Virus record (IMG/VR): IMGVR_UViG_3300033061_000668
Span: 3,303 to 67,302 of that record
Direction: 5' to 3' (one strand)
Source of the DNA: a virus
Taxonomy: Duplodnaviria > Caudoviricetes
Length of the DNA stretch: 64,000 bases
A program made the position numbers and the translations under genes. Of the stretch, positions 38,001-46,813 are shown in pieces; the stretch's first letter is position 1, and every line of letters begins with the position of its first letter. Under the pieces are notes generated by a model. That model saw nothing but the letters and a program-made list of their open reading frames with translations, ran no database searches and was not told where the DNA came from.

Positions 38001-41000
38001 TTGTAAACGATAAGATGACCAGCATCTTTAAGGGCGACTTCAAAGACGGAGTCGTAACGATTAAAGATCCTTCGGGCAAGACCGTGATGACGTACAAGTT
38101 CAACTTGTACTCTGGTTTTGACGGCCCAGCTCGCGCTGACTTCGGACAAGTCGATGAGGAAGATACCATCACTCTCAACCCAGATCGTATGGCCGCCGCC
38201 GCAAAAGTTCTCGGTGATAAGTTCGATGCATGGCTTCAGGCAGTCGTCCTAGAAGAAGCTCTTCATCTTGAGACGGTTCGTATGTGGAGAGCAGAGGGTA
38301 AAGACATTTCTGCCGAGTTAAGAAAAGTCGCGAGGGGAATGAGCGCAGAGACCAGGAGATCAAGAGCAAGACTTTATTTTGCTGCTCAAGGGTACGACTT
38401 AAACAATCCTGAGATAAAGGCAAAGATAGAAGCTTTGGCCGCGGATGACTTGCAGATTGCCTTCGAGGCTCTACGCCAAAACGCACAGCTCGCTTTGTAC
38501 GGGGTTGTTTCTGAGCAGCTTGCCGTTGTATCTGCGGCAGATATAGCTCGCGTAAAGGCCGTGGCGGATGAAGCCCTTCGTTCTGAAATAGATGATGAAG
38601 ACAAGACAATGTTCAGTACCATCCTGTCTTACATCAATAATATGCTCGCTGTTTTGAAGCGTGGGTTTGGTGCACCACAAGCGATGGCGAGAATCTCAAT
38701 GCGTGAAGCTCTTCAAGAAGCTGCGACCAGACTTACCAAAATCAAATCTGAATATACAGAACTTGCCGATACCACAGAACCAGAAGCCGCTCCATTCCAA
38801 GGATCGCCGGCACAACCTATCTCTCTTGGTGTCTTCGGAAGCTACGATCTTCGGGTCAACAAACTCATTGAGGATCACCTCGACAATCTTTCTGACAATG
38901 TGTTTGGGTTGAAAGCCGCAAACGATAGCGGTCGCACAGTCGACAAACAAGATTGGTTGTTCGCCATCGAACAAGCTTACAAGAACGGAACGATCACCAA
39001 GTTTGAGCGCAACATGTACAGGGCAGCCGGTCTTGATTCTTCATTTAATAATCGCGTCTCGTTGACCATGGTTCCAGTTAAAGCTCTCGAGATCGGTGAA
39101 GCCATGGAGACTGGAACGTTTGAGGGTAGCAGGAGCGCAGTTGCAATTCCTACAGTTGCGTTGACACCTTTCGCAACGGTCGAGAATGCACCAGTCACGG
39201 ATTCGAAGATTCAAGGAAAAGAACTATATCGGTTCACTCTCCGCGGGTATCTTCCGCAGAAAACACAGGCCAACTCGATTGACCAAGGTCTATCTCAAGG
39301 TGTAGCTAAACTTCTGTCTACTCGCGAGAAGGTTATCTACGAAGGTCAGGATTATACATGGAATAGACGTGGTGCTCTGGTTCGTGAGTTGCAAAAGCGT
39401 GGGGCAAACAATTACGTATCGAAAGTTATTCCGTCGGCAGCCGAACCAGTTTCGACTGTTCCTCCAATCACATTATCCGTTTCATTAACTGGAGATGTTG
39501 TAACAACCCCAGTAGCCGAGCCAACTCCAATCGCGCCACAAGCAGCCGGTCCTCGCGTGGTTGAAAGCCAGGCTATGAAGAACTTGCTTGGTACGTTTGG
39601 AGATAATCTTCCCGATGTTCCCTTCAAGCAGAGACTCATGGAGGATCTGTACAATAACTCAGTCACGATGGAACAACAGTTTGAAGATGCTAGGAATTAT
39701 ATTGAAGGACAGAATAGCTTTTCCGACGCCGTAAGACATTATCTTAGCAACTCAATCGACACTCCTCTCCCTATCCAAGCGGCTGTTGGGTTTGAACTTC
39801 TCCGCGTTCTCTCACCTCAAGCCAAGACTGATCGATATGCCCGCGAGGTTATGACGCAAGTCATGCTGGTTCAGAAGCAACGGTATGGAACTGATCCCGG
39901 AAGAACGGTTCAGTTGTGGGCAGCTCTTAGCGAGATGTCCGATAACCCCGAAGCCATGAAGATGTATGTCCATGAAGAACTATCCAGCATAGCCGCTGGT
40001 CGCTTGGAACCTTATAAGCGGGATCTGGACGACGCCAGGATTGGGTTGCAGGAAGCTGGGCGTAAAGCCGCTGATCGTGTCGCAACAGACCCGACTCTCA
40101 AATCTACCATTGACAAGATTGCCCAGCTCATTGAAAAGAATCGAAAAGAACAAAACTTTGAGGGGATCGATAAGGCAATGTATGACGTTATTCTTAGCGA
40201 TGAAGCTGCCGCACTCGGCGATGCATTCCTCGGTCCGATTGCTATAAAGCCACAGGCTAGCGATGTGCCTGGCTTTGACGCTGATGAAATTCGTCTTGCT
40301 CCCGAGCGGATTAAAAATCTTGGAACTCTGATTGCTAAAATTATCAATAGTTCCGACAACCCTGATGCTCTTCAAGCTGATTCCGAGAAACTTCGATCGC
40401 TTGTTTATCTTACTAAATCTTTGCGAAATAACCCAAATCAGGCTGAAGTCCGTCGGCTTGTTGAACTTTATTTTGATGCTGCTTTTACATACTCCCAAGC
40501 ATTGAGAGAAGCCGAAAGCAAAGGAGTTAAAATTGCTCCAATAACTTCTATTACAAAAGGTGAAGCTACTAAACAAGCGGAGCAAGCTAGAATTAGAGCA
40601 GAAGATGCCGCGCCAGTCATATTGAATACTGATTTAGGCAATGAGCTTTTGATGTACGCAGATGCTGCTGCCACTCTTTTCGAACGTAAATCCAAGAGAC
40701 TTCAAGAAGAACCTAAGAAAAAAGAATTTGTAGAAGAGATGGCCAAGATGATTCGCATGGATTTGGACAAACAAATTCGTGAAAAGGGCGGGCTAAAGCC
40801 TAAGTTTGAAAAACCAATTCCCCGGACGCCAGCTCAAAATATGTTGCTTGCCGTACAGAATATCGATGCAGTACGGATGTATATCGCTGAGATCCGGGAC
40901 ATCCTTCTTGAACGATACAAAGGAAAAGAAGCTGAACTCGTTGGTCTTGAGCCCTTGATCGACGATGCATTAGATCATCCTCTCTCGGTATCCGCAGTCG

Positions 41001-43753
41001 CCAAGACAATCAAGTCGCTTCAAAGCATCGGTGGTCCAAAGGTCAATGTACGCGAACTCATCCGTTCCAGCCGTGGTGATATTGAAGCGTTTGAAAATAA
41101 ACTAAGCGAGCTGCTGACCCAGAACTCTAAGCTCGATGCAGCTCAGATCAAGGTTGTCAATGATTACCTCCGCGATGCCATGGCCAAGTTTGTGGCAGAA
41201 GAACGTAAAAAAGAACTAGAACGTATCAAGAGACGGATTGAAGAGAAGCGTGGTGGGAAGAAGGCAAAGAGACAGGTTTCTTCAGCCCTTTCTAAATTGA
41301 TGGAAGCAGGAAACCTGGGTGTGCTGAGAGACCAAGAATTGTTTGATAGCATGCGTGTTCAGCTCGGGCTCCCCGAGATGACTCCGGAACAACTCGCCCA
41401 CCTAGACAAGATGATCGAGGATCTGCCCAACTGGCCAAAAGGTAGGGTACGTAACCAGAAGATCTCCAAAATGTACGAGTACGTAAAGCTACTATCCCCG
41501 ATGACTGTCACTGAGTTGCTCGTTAACTACCAAACGATGAACTTGTTGCTCGGTCTTGGAACGATTGGAATCAATGCCTCATCGTCGTTCGCCAATAACA
41601 TCGCGCAGTCCGCTATCATCGCGGCTCGTGGAGCAACCAAGGTTGTCACTGGGACTATCTTCAACAAACCTGCCGAGACGATTCGTGGTATCGGTTATCT
41701 CAAAGCCGCGATCGAAACCTACAAGCCTTTCACAAGCTGGAAGAAGGGCATCGGGCTGCAAGCTGCTAAAGAAATCTTCCTCAAGGGCGACTTCTCCAGC
41801 GTTCAAAGCGTGACAACGATGGAGATGGGTGGCGTCAATATGTTCGAAGCTTTCTCCAACCAGCTCGATTCTTATCTCAAGAAAAGTTCTGGCGCGATGA
41901 AGCCAGAGATCACGATTAAGACCCCGGGCTGGCTGGAGTGGATCGGTTTGAATCCTGAGTACACATTCAGTTTGGCCAACAAGTACGCCTGGAGCAAATT
42001 CAATCCCGCGACAGTCGGACCTTTCATTATCTTCGGTCGCGCCATGGCAGCCGGTGACGCGATGAATACAATCTCGGCCAAGAAGATGTATCAGACAGCG
42101 GAAGCGTACAACGTAGCTTTAAAGAAGGGGTTGACCAGTCGCGTCGAAGTCGAGCAGGAAGTAGCGAGGTTGCTGAACAACACGCCTGAAGCTCGCGCCC
42201 GTGCCGAAGCTATCGCAAAAGCCGAAAGCAAGGAGATGAATTATACTCCTTACCAGTACGCTCTACGTGTCGAAGAGATCATTGAACAGAACCGCCCGCA
42301 GGACGAGATCTCTCAGGACTTGATTAAGCGTACAGAAAAGTTCGCCGAACGCTCTAACTTCCGCAATAACTTTGAAGGTGTACTTGGAGCGGCGGCGGCT
42401 TCTGCCGTCACTTTGTCCAATGTATTTCCTCCTGCAAAGTTTGTTCTTAAGTACCTCAAGACAGGAGCGGCTTTGGGTAACGCGGCCTTGGATGTTGTTC
42501 CACTTCTCGGAACTTGGCGGTATTATAAAGGAATTGGAAACTTTGAGCGGATGCGTGACTCTAAATTCTTCTCGCCTCCCCCTCAGAAAGATACCGTCGA
42601 GCAGGATATCGCACTTGGAAAGATGTGGCTTAGCTACATTTTAGGACTTGGGTTGCTTGCCTTACTCCGCAAAGCTCTGGACCGCGACCCAGACCCCGAT
42701 TTCAATATCCATATCAGCGGGCCCAAAGACCCAGCGCAACGTAAGGCATTGCTTGCGGCAGGATGGAAAGCCCGTTCGATTCAGATTGGTAGCTTTGCCG
42801 ATGGCAATCCACGCTTCATAAGTTTTGAAGCTCTACCTCCGTTCCTTGCTGGCATGTTTATCCCACTCGGGGCTTTCACAGAAGCCATTCGTTACGAGAA
42901 ACGTTCCAAGCAGGAAGCACTTGTTCCCACGATTGCAGCCGCAAGCTGGATGACAATCTACGCCATGCTGGATTACTCTTTCTTATCCGGTATCCGCGGG
43001 CTTATCCAATTGGCAGCTCCATCCAACGGAGCCACAACCTCCACGGGACAGCTCGAGAATATCATCAAGTTTACCGGGAACGTTGCCTCCACATTAGTAC
43101 CCGGGTACGCAATCCTCCGAGACGTCGAGAAGATGGTCGAAGGTATCTATGGTCTGCCTACCGGAAGACTCTATCAAGACTCGTACCTGTCGGTGTTCCT
43201 AGCCAGCGTACCTTTTGCTTCGAAGGTCGGTGAGCCAGCTCTCGACTTCCTTGGCGGAACAACCCGCGCCAAGTTCTGGAACTCCGTCCCTTTCGTCCGC
43301 CGTATCATGACGACCGGTGCTGATACTTCCGAATACGCTCAAGGTGTCCGTACTGAGGACGCAATTCACGACAAGCTCATAAGCTTGTTTGCCAAAAATC
43401 AAACGGCACTGGATTGGGAAGCTGGACCACTAAAGGTATTCGCAGCCGCAGAACTGGCAACTAAACCGACAGTTGGTATATCGGAAATCTTGACCTTGAA
43501 ACGCGAGCTAACCGAAACTGAAAAATATGCTTGGTTGAAGAAAGCTTATCCCTACATTATCGAATCCCTTGGTGGCAATATCGAAGCTCTAGAATCCCTT
43601 GAGCCGGAAGAATTCAAATACGTGGTAGGCCAGCTAGCCCGTCCGTTCATGAAGCTAGCGCTTTACGAAGTCCTCGGTGAAGAGAACCAAAGCGGAATCA
43701 TCAACGAACTCAGCCCCGAGGCAACCAACGTATTGCCTCCAGAAACTAAATAA
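32075..43753 (+). CDS. Giant polyvalent internal virion protein (sigma-like domain, strawberry-notch-like SF2 helicase, degenerate zincin, LPD38-like C-terminus)
   Basis: 3892 aa open frame; ANGAGTGKT, FDEHH, MASGTP, QLIYRVWR helicase motifs; VLEEALH; GWKARSIQIG. Confidence 0.75.
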   Translation: MADPLDPEQTQEETLPETEPTQVTPPVQAQPDTSLDQFLYGDKQPQQSQQDLNTFLYGTPKDKDAIDSRLAVAQQVIDMANDPMATDLFTSIGRKLTEPGKSEAAWKDYEKNLVNFDPAPYEKFKEAQDKGDWKTMASTGLQIIGQDWGNYIAGALGMTNEEREKTQQSYGAKMIVGKITDPKEAAEAMVLTDKYKEDLKAGKSIAPEGQTSAMSLGGGQLSLKVGMNLTQADEYLKTLQDTKTQAFGQGALRNFAIQSGDAFIPFVSVGDIIIDEKDKDQVARRAALAEAINQTISKDYFYSTVSGQALGSLGSFMAAGAGTTSLLGESANMAGKVIKVPTKLSQGVMYGLMGTSQSVKTDERNLSPMERLASIASESFVLGLSEGGGDLLGDQIDHGVANLLKTQAMAKLAPEFAPVAGGVGKALSIMIGESASDQLDAAARGKNPFEDLALSYGTNFGIGAGLAIAGFPRAFRRARVMAQADDSLAADFTKGLSAIRNDTNKTDEQKLAEVDTIKRAFGNNERVNTLIDRSWALSAVDENTAPETHQVLKESVDAAKRGIVETILDAGLNKENQQENVQAVGQQTGELMPGVPLPGDQEQAELEKMKNYFLAGNKEIRLENTIENAEKIKWLESKGYIYGNLVENGSAYVVKGVRMGQGDLAKWYGEDDPRERFQGEKDDLDKAITKAHTGTSQELDVKVEEIQNAATYDDLRRIGNKYLGVPLTERILEGKLIETQDRIAEENAINARLKVLNSNLAAIRKQREQSPEDEQAPLDETIAKFEQEIEKLTTGKKAQGEANVLRIVKNMEDQIDEEIDSGKIAPEVLANPEVIIAILNPKNASHREHALSEPSPIEEDPTKLGEAFDLEDARVVENLKRIGAIDDQGRPLMTPAGAIAAYALDKRNYLTSKSLSGYQSYGIADQVYNATVNKALLELRKGNKIALSTIFNSNLIDFIRKAKVRMRSGVGLGAMTQLKEQVKKADPEKLIEDLGLDENQAQLVKDTFDEISATDAEWQASQPGAVATPSVTERVEATAIIANEIAPLFRQSLKSDLERLAFDSLVDSKVMAKLDSLARELGSNINEVKTIQQNLQKQLIEQIKAEYRARLTADNLPLLPAPEGEVRKAGNLTSEQLKPTENFFARAKEETLMTDEELKDFEEQMAVIRSGRRVEDLRNFQQELIALIDSKLGIEDGVFSADVLNDWVELLGGVESNPDMPGQLNISLAKGVITQADYDTLLKQLNASMDKAVNLISNAKDIKDVRAAAREARASFVRINNAILPKEKKTNAKPIAKQAGISTTSGSDQTKPVSKEQQKTAKPGEGKQPAKPGKTKGSTSVAGGVSRVLQRIGAAILPKTFSTPKGQGTVPYSEDVITSLGGKFTDLQEFSADQRQDTSAAIASMEGSKNKSFYLANGAGTGKTRILLAVAQHYLNKGKKVLYLTAHDAVTPDWKNRTIGGTIQQDAERFGVPIVAYGGKASGLNELTSIPSGTVVVSTYNDKYMAKMLSMVDNDTVVIFDEHHNGRNIFQANQEGNAETKWPVLMDNIAKKAGAVMMASGTPFDKPDQLLSLARLGIFDNISEEQLLFNLGFQKYELSTSNKFYWDLAPGVTLDEMQNRMEKYFDKLALNGVFRSRSLKLDGVNVEFKNVPLDAGIRATLDSIAERFGGSESMASRMAAVVAQKRALETYKVKAAAQQAYDAIKRGVKPIVYVGFVSKEDSKGNKVDQVSKQVEEELKRIIAQDNPELAARLNVARLFSGGDGKQLAMDKFNNQGADVLIATVQMGGTGIELDDKAGDQPREMIIMSPPISAISAVQLIYRVWRADTASRPNIVFMTAEHQVDQEPLDKMRQRMRLLDATMGAGFQALKGESKSKLSEEYLSTQTIPSSFWKLPGINFDAQRTLSDAAFAARHELDLFEEGEEGVSKSEYNTIKNWLDKNVPGYYEATKITYAGRGTAKEEIQIPVKGSPENIKFVNDKMTSIFKGDFKDGVVTIKDPSGKTVMTYKFNLYSGFDGPARADFGQVDEEDTITLNPDRMAAAAKVLGDKFDAWLQAVVLEEALHLETVRMWRAEGKDISAELRKVARGMSAETRRSRARLYFAAQGYDLNNPEIKAKIEALAADDLQIAFEALRQNAQLALYGVVSEQLAVVSAADIARVKAVADEALRSEIDDEDKTMFSTILSYINNMLAVLKRGFGAPQAMARISMREALQEAATRLTKIKSEYTELADTTEPEAAPFQGSPAQPISLGVFGSYDLRVNKLIEDHLDNLSDNVFGLKAANDSGRTVDKQDWLFAIEQAYKNGTITKFERNMYRAAGLDSSFNNRVSLTMVPVKALEIGEAMETGTFEGSRSAVAIPTVALTPFATVENAPVTDSKIQGKELYRFTLRGYLPQKTQANSIDQGLSQGVAKLLSTREKVIYEGQDYTWNRRGALVRELQKRGANNYVSKVIPSAAEPVSTVPPITLSVSLTGDVVTTPVAEPTPIAPQAAGPRVVESQAMKNLLGTFGDNLPDVPFKQRLMEDLYNNSVTMEQQFEDARNYIEGQNSFSDAVRHYLSNSIDTPLPIQAAVGFELLRVLSPQAKTDRYAREVMTQVMLVQKQRYGTDPGRTVQLWAALSEMSDNPEAMKMYVHEELSSIAAGRLEPYKRDLDDARIGLQEAGRKAADRVATDPTLKSTIDKIAQLIEKNRKEQNFEGIDKAMYDVILSDEAAALGDAFLGPIAIKPQASDVPGFDADEIRLAPERIKNLGTLIAKIINSSDNPDALQADSEKLRSLVYLTKSLRNNPNQAEVRRLVELYFDAAFTYSQALREAESKGVKIAPITSITKGEATKQAEQARIRAEDAAPVILNTDLGNELLMYADAAATLFERKSKRLQEEPKKKEFVEEMAKMIRMDLDKQIREKGGLKPKFEKPIPRTPAQNMLLAVQNIDAVRMYIAEIRDILLERYKGKEAELVGLEPLIDDALDHPLSVSAVAKTIKSLQSIGGPKVNVRELIRSSRGDIEAFENKLSELLTQNSKLDAAQIKVVNDYLRDAMAKFVAEERKKELERIKRRIEEKRGGKKAKRQVSSALSKLMEAGNLGVLRDQELFDSMRVQLGLPEMTPEQLAHLDKMIEDLPNWPKGRVRNQKISKMYEYVKLLSPMTVTELLVNYQTMNLLLGLGTIGINASSSFANNIAQSAIIAARGATKVVTGTIFNKPAETIRGIGYLKAAIETYKPFTSWKKGIGLQAAKEIFLKGDFSSVQSVTTMEMGGVNMFEAFSNQLDSYLKKSSGAMKPEITIKTPGWLEWIGLNPEYTFSLANKYAWSKFNPATVGPFIIFGRAMAAGDAMNTISAKKMYQTAEAYNVALKKGLTSRVEVEQEVARLLNNTPEARARAEAIAKAESKEMNYTPYQYALRVEEIIEQNRPQDEISQDLIKRTEKFAERSNFRNNFEGVLGAAAASAVTLSNVFPPAKFVLKYLKTGAALGNAALDVVPLLGTWRYYKGIGNFERMRDSKFFSPPPQKDTVEQDIALGKMWLSYILGLGLLALLRKALDRDPDPDFNIHISGPKDPAQRKALLAAGWKARSIQIGSFADGNPRFISFEALPPFLAGMFIPLGAFTEAIRYEKRSKQEALVPTIAAASWMTIYAMLDYSFLSGIRGLIQLAAPSNGATTSTGQLENIIKFTGNVASTLVPGYAILRDVEKMVEGIYGLPTGRLYQDSYLSVFLASVPFASKVGEPALDFLGGTTRAKFWNSVPFVRRIMTTGADTSEYAQGVRTEDAIHDKLISLFAKNQTALDWEAGPLKVFAAAELATKPTVGISEILTLKRELTETEKYAWLKKAYPYIIESLGGNIEALESLEPEEFKYVVGQLARPFMKLALYEVLGEENQSGIINELSPEATNVLPPETK

Positions 43754-43766
43754 CTAGAGTTTATAT

Positions 43767-44324
43767 ATGGCCGATATCGAATCACTCCTACGCAAAAAGT
43801 ACGGGCCAGAATACAAAAAGAAGATTGAGTATTTTAAGGCCGCGGCACCTGAAGCTGTCGTAGCTGGCGAACGTCTTGGCGTAGACCCCAAACTTCTTCT
43901 TACTCAGACTGCGCTTGAATCTGGCTGGGGCAAGTCGGGCCTAGCTGTACAGGCCAATAACCTTGCTGGCGTTAAAGCTAAACCCGGCCAACCGTTCATT
44001 GAAGCCGAGTCTGCTGAAGGCTATGGGCCAAACGAACGTATGGTTAAAAGCAAGTTTGTCGCTTATCCGTCAAAGGGTTCTTTCTTTGAAGATTGGTCTG
44101 GCTTCCTAAAAAATAAAAGATATGCCGAAGCTATCAAACAAAAAGAACCAGATGCCTACGCAAGAACAATTGGCAAAGCTGGGTATTACACTGGAGATCA
44201 AAACGTGTATGCTAACAATATGAAACGTATCTATAAGGACATCGATAAGATGATGCTTGACCCAGATGTTATTGGGCAAAGAATCAAAGATTCGACGATT
44301 GCTGGAGGGGAAGTAGCAAAATAA
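43767..44324 (+). CDS. GH73 glucosaminidase (FlgJ-like) peptidoglycan hydrolase
   Basis: QTALESGWG, NNLAGVK, FVAYPS, GYYT. Confidence 0.85.
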   Translation: MADIESLLRKKYGPEYKKKIEYFKAAAPEAVVAGERLGVDPKLLLTQTALESGWGKSGLAVQANNLAGVKAKPGQPFIEAESAEGYGPNERMVKSKFVAYPSKGSFFEDWSGFLKNKRYAEAIKQKEPDAYARTIGKAGYYTGDQNVYANNMKRIYKDIDKMMLDPDVIGQRIKDSTIAGGEVAK

Positions 44325-44620
44325 TGCCAGGTCTAGGTAAAGCTAGTATGCCTTGTAACAAGCCACGGCCGAGCACTCGGCCAGGAAAAAAGCGTATGGT
44401 CAAAGCCTGCGAGAATGGCAAGGAAAGACTCGTACATTTTGGGGCCAAAGGATACGGCAATAACTACTCAGCCGCTGCCCGCAAATCCTTCCGGGCCCGC
44501 CATCATTGCTCTACACCTGGAAGCAAACTTAGCGCTCGTTATTGGGCCTGTAAAAATCTTTGGGCTGGGCCAGGCGGACCAACTACAGCTAACCCGAGTA
44601 ATCGCCAAGGAAAGTACTAA
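44324..44620 (+). CDS. Small basic Cys/His protein (DUF5824/DUF5754-like)
   Basis: LVHFGAKGY...RKSFRARHHC...SARYWACK.LW. Confidence 0.65.
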   Translation: MPGLGKASMPCNKPRPSTRPGKKRMVKACENGKERLVHFGAKGYGNNYSAAARKSFRARHHCSTPGSKLSARYWACKNLWAGPGGPTTANPSNRQGKY

Positions 44621-44621
44621 T

Positions 44622-44771
44622 ATGCCACTTGGGAAAAAGAAAGCTAATGACGCCTGTACCCGTAAGGTTAAAGCTCGTTATACTGTATGGCCGTCGGCTT
44701 ACGCCAGCGGTGCACTTGTTAGATGTCGTAAGGTAGGGGCAAAAAACTGGGGTAATAAAGGAAATAAATAA
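44622..44771 (+). CDS. Small basic protein with WPSAYASG motif
   Basis: DACTRKVKARYTVWPSAYASGALVRCRK; true start is ATG 44622 inside track ORF 44415. Confidence 0.65.
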   Translation: MPLGKKKANDACTRKVKARYTVWPSAYASGALVRCRKVGAKNWGNKGNK

Positions 44772-45001
44772 TGGCTTTTGAGCTCGAGAAAAAGAAGGGC
44801 TTGCATGGTTGGTTCTCTAGGAATAAAGGAAAGGGATGGGTTAACTGCAAGACTGGTGGACCTTGCGGGCGCGAAAGCGCCAGTTCCGGTGGAAGCTATC
44901 CAGCTTGCCGCCCAACTAAAGCTATGTGCAATTCCTCGGCTAAGAAAAAGACAAGCTCAAAACCCATAAGTTGGAAAAAGAAAACTGGGTTAGGCAAATG
45001 A
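44771..45001 (+). CDS. Small basic Cys-rich protein
   Basis: LHGWF...WVNCKTGGPCGR...YPACRP. Confidence 0.65.
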   Translation: MAFELEKKKGLHGWFSRNKGKGWVNCKTGGPCGRESASSGGSYPACRPTKAMCNSSAKKKTSSKPISWKKKTGLGK

Positions 45002-45195
45002 TCTTTTGGCCTGTAATATTTTTTGTTGGAATTGTAGTAATCCTAATCCTTTGGAGGCCAAAGAGTAGGACTGAATCATGGACGGAGATGTCTGCCGAGG
45101 AGAAGTATATGCTAGCCAAACAGATTTTCACGCGAGACCCATCCACATTTAAAGACAAGGATTTAGATGGCGTTGAAGATTTACTTGAGAAATAG
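44998..45195 (+). CDS. Small membrane-anchored protein
   Basis: MIFWPVIFFVGIVVILILW N-terminal TM; ATG overlaps upstream stop. Confidence 0.55.
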   Translation: MIFWPVIFFVGIVVILILWRPKSRTESWTEMSAEEKYMLAKQIFTRDPSTFKDKDLDGVEDLLEK

Positions 45196-45198
45196 GTA

Positions 45199-45227
45199 TT
45201 TACATGGAACCCACAGTTATCTAACCT
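45199..45227 (+). promoter_or_regulatory. Promoter TTTACA-N17-TAACCT (leaderless)
   Basis: 6 nt upstream of ATG 45234. Confidence 0.5.
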
Positions 45228-45233
45228 TATCCT

Positions 45234-45791
45234 ATGTCCGACATTAATACTTTTAGATACAAGACCATTGAAGAACGCCAAGCTGAAAGCCAGGCTCAAC
45301 TTGAAGCGCAAGCCGCAAGAGAGCAAGAAAAAATGGCTTATGACCGAGAGGCTCGAGCCCAAGCTAGAATGGAAGAGTACGATGCCAAGCGTGCTAAATG
45401 GAAATCTGGGGGCGCACTTCCGAAACTTCAAGGACTCGGGCAAAATGTAGATTTACAAGACCTACCCCGCGGGCAGCAAGAAGAAATCCAGCAGATAAAA
45501 ACTAATAAACCCGCCGCTTCTTTGCAAGAATTTTGGAATAGATATAATACATGGTTAAATGTTGGCCGCGAACAAGCAGCTCAGAACGCTTTGAACAAAC
45601 AGTATATTACTATGGTCACACCTAAAGAAGGGGTGATTGCAACTGACGCAAGCACAGGTGAAAGAAAACTTTATCAACCAGGTGAGAAATATAAAGCTCT
45701 TGCCAGTGGAAAAACTCCTCTCTTCCCCGGTAATTATGGTTGGGTTGACCCATCACAGAAAAACAAAATTAAAAATAATACAGCACTATAA
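45234..45791 (+). CDS. Hypothetical protein
   Basis: 185 aa, coiled-coil N-terminus. Confidence 0.65.
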   Translation: MSDINTFRYKTIEERQAESQAQLEAQAAREQEKMAYDREARAQARMEEYDAKRAKWKSGGALPKLQGLGQNVDLQDLPRGQQEEIQQIKTNKPAASLQEFWNRYNTWLNVGREQAAQNALNKQYITMVTPKEGVIATDASTGERKLYQPGEKYKALASGKTPLFPGNYGWVDPSQKNKIKNNTAL

Positions 45792-45800
45792 GGAGAACAT

Positions 45801-45956
45801 ATGCCATTAGGAAAAAACGTATCTAAAAATATCAGCGAACTTTACGCTGACAATAAGAAAAAAGGTAAAGAGCGTGGAGCTATGGGCAAACCCCGTTCCC
45901 GCCAGCAGATAATTGCCATTGCGTTGAGCGCGGCTGGCAAATCGAAAGGAAAATAA
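45801..45956 (+). CDS. Small basic protein (51 aa)
   Basis: SD AGGAG; MPLGKNVSKNISELY...QIIAIALSAAGKSK, a pattern I recognise from many phages. Confidence 0.65.
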   Translation: MPLGKNVSKNISELYADNKKKGKERGAMGKPRSRQQIIAIALSAAGKSKGK

Positions 45957-45957
45957 T

Positions 45958-46812
45958 ATGGACTTTCGTGGACTTACTACAAAAGAATTGGCTGGTTATG
46001 GCAGTGCACTTGAAAGATATCTTAAAGATCCAGAGTATCAGAAGGTAATAGATGATTTTGCCAAGAGCAAAGGTATTGGTAGTGGGCATCTTCCTGAAGT
46101 GCAAGGTGTAGATCAGCAACTCCGAATGACCGGGGTAGATAACGCTGGAAGCGGAGATAAACTTTATCCATCTTCTAAAAATAATGAAGCTGTTAGAAAA
46201 TTTATTTCTGATAAAGAAGTAACTAAAAGTATTTATAATCCTGCGACTACCTTGACTGATGCCCAAAAAAAATATCTTATGGAGTTAAAGAATGCTCCTG
46301 GCACTGGTAAATCTAGAACGATGATAGAGATGCTCAACAAAATGACACCAGAAGCTCAAGCAGATGTTGTCGCCAGACCTGATGTCGTGAGAAACATTGA
46401 AAGTAGTATTGCCAAGGCCGCTCCTTATGAACTGTCAGAAATTAGAACCCTTACCAAATCAGATGTTGGACGTGGCCTTGGTTCTCTTGGGAGAAAACTT
46501 GTAGGACCAGCAGTTGCAGCCGGTGAGGTTGCGGCCGGAGAAAATGATATTGGTAAACTTGCTGCTGGATATGTTGGGGCTGATGTTATGGGAGAACTTG
46601 GAGCCGCGGCAGGTGGGCTCTTAGGCAAAGGACCAGGAGCTGTGGCTGGTGCATTGGGTGGCTCTATTGGTGGTTATGCCGCCGGGCAGAAACTGTACGA
46701 CAAGTATGCTCCAGAAGGAGTCAAGAAAGCAATGAGCATATCGCCTGAGGAGAGACTTAAGGTTAAACAATTGTTGCAAGATTTAAAATCTAAAGCTAAA
46801 CTTACTAAATAA
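45958..46812 (+). CDS. Hypothetical protein with glycine-zipper C-terminus
   Basis: GAAAGGLLG..GAVAGALGGSIGG. Confidence 0.65.
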   Translation: MDFRGLTTKELAGYGSALERYLKDPEYQKVIDDFAKSKGIGSGHLPEVQGVDQQLRMTGVDNAGSGDKLYPSSKNNEAVRKFISDKEVTKSIYNPATTLTDAQKKYLMELKNAPGTGKSRTMIEMLNKMTPEAQADVVARPDVVRNIESSIAKAAPYELSEIRTLTKSDVGRGLGSLGRKLVGPAVAAGEVAAGENDIGKLAAGYVGADVMGELGAAAGGLLGKGPGAVAGALGGSIGGYAAGQKLYDKYAPEGVKKAMSISPEERLKVKQLLQDLKSKAKLTK

Positions 46813-46813
46813 T

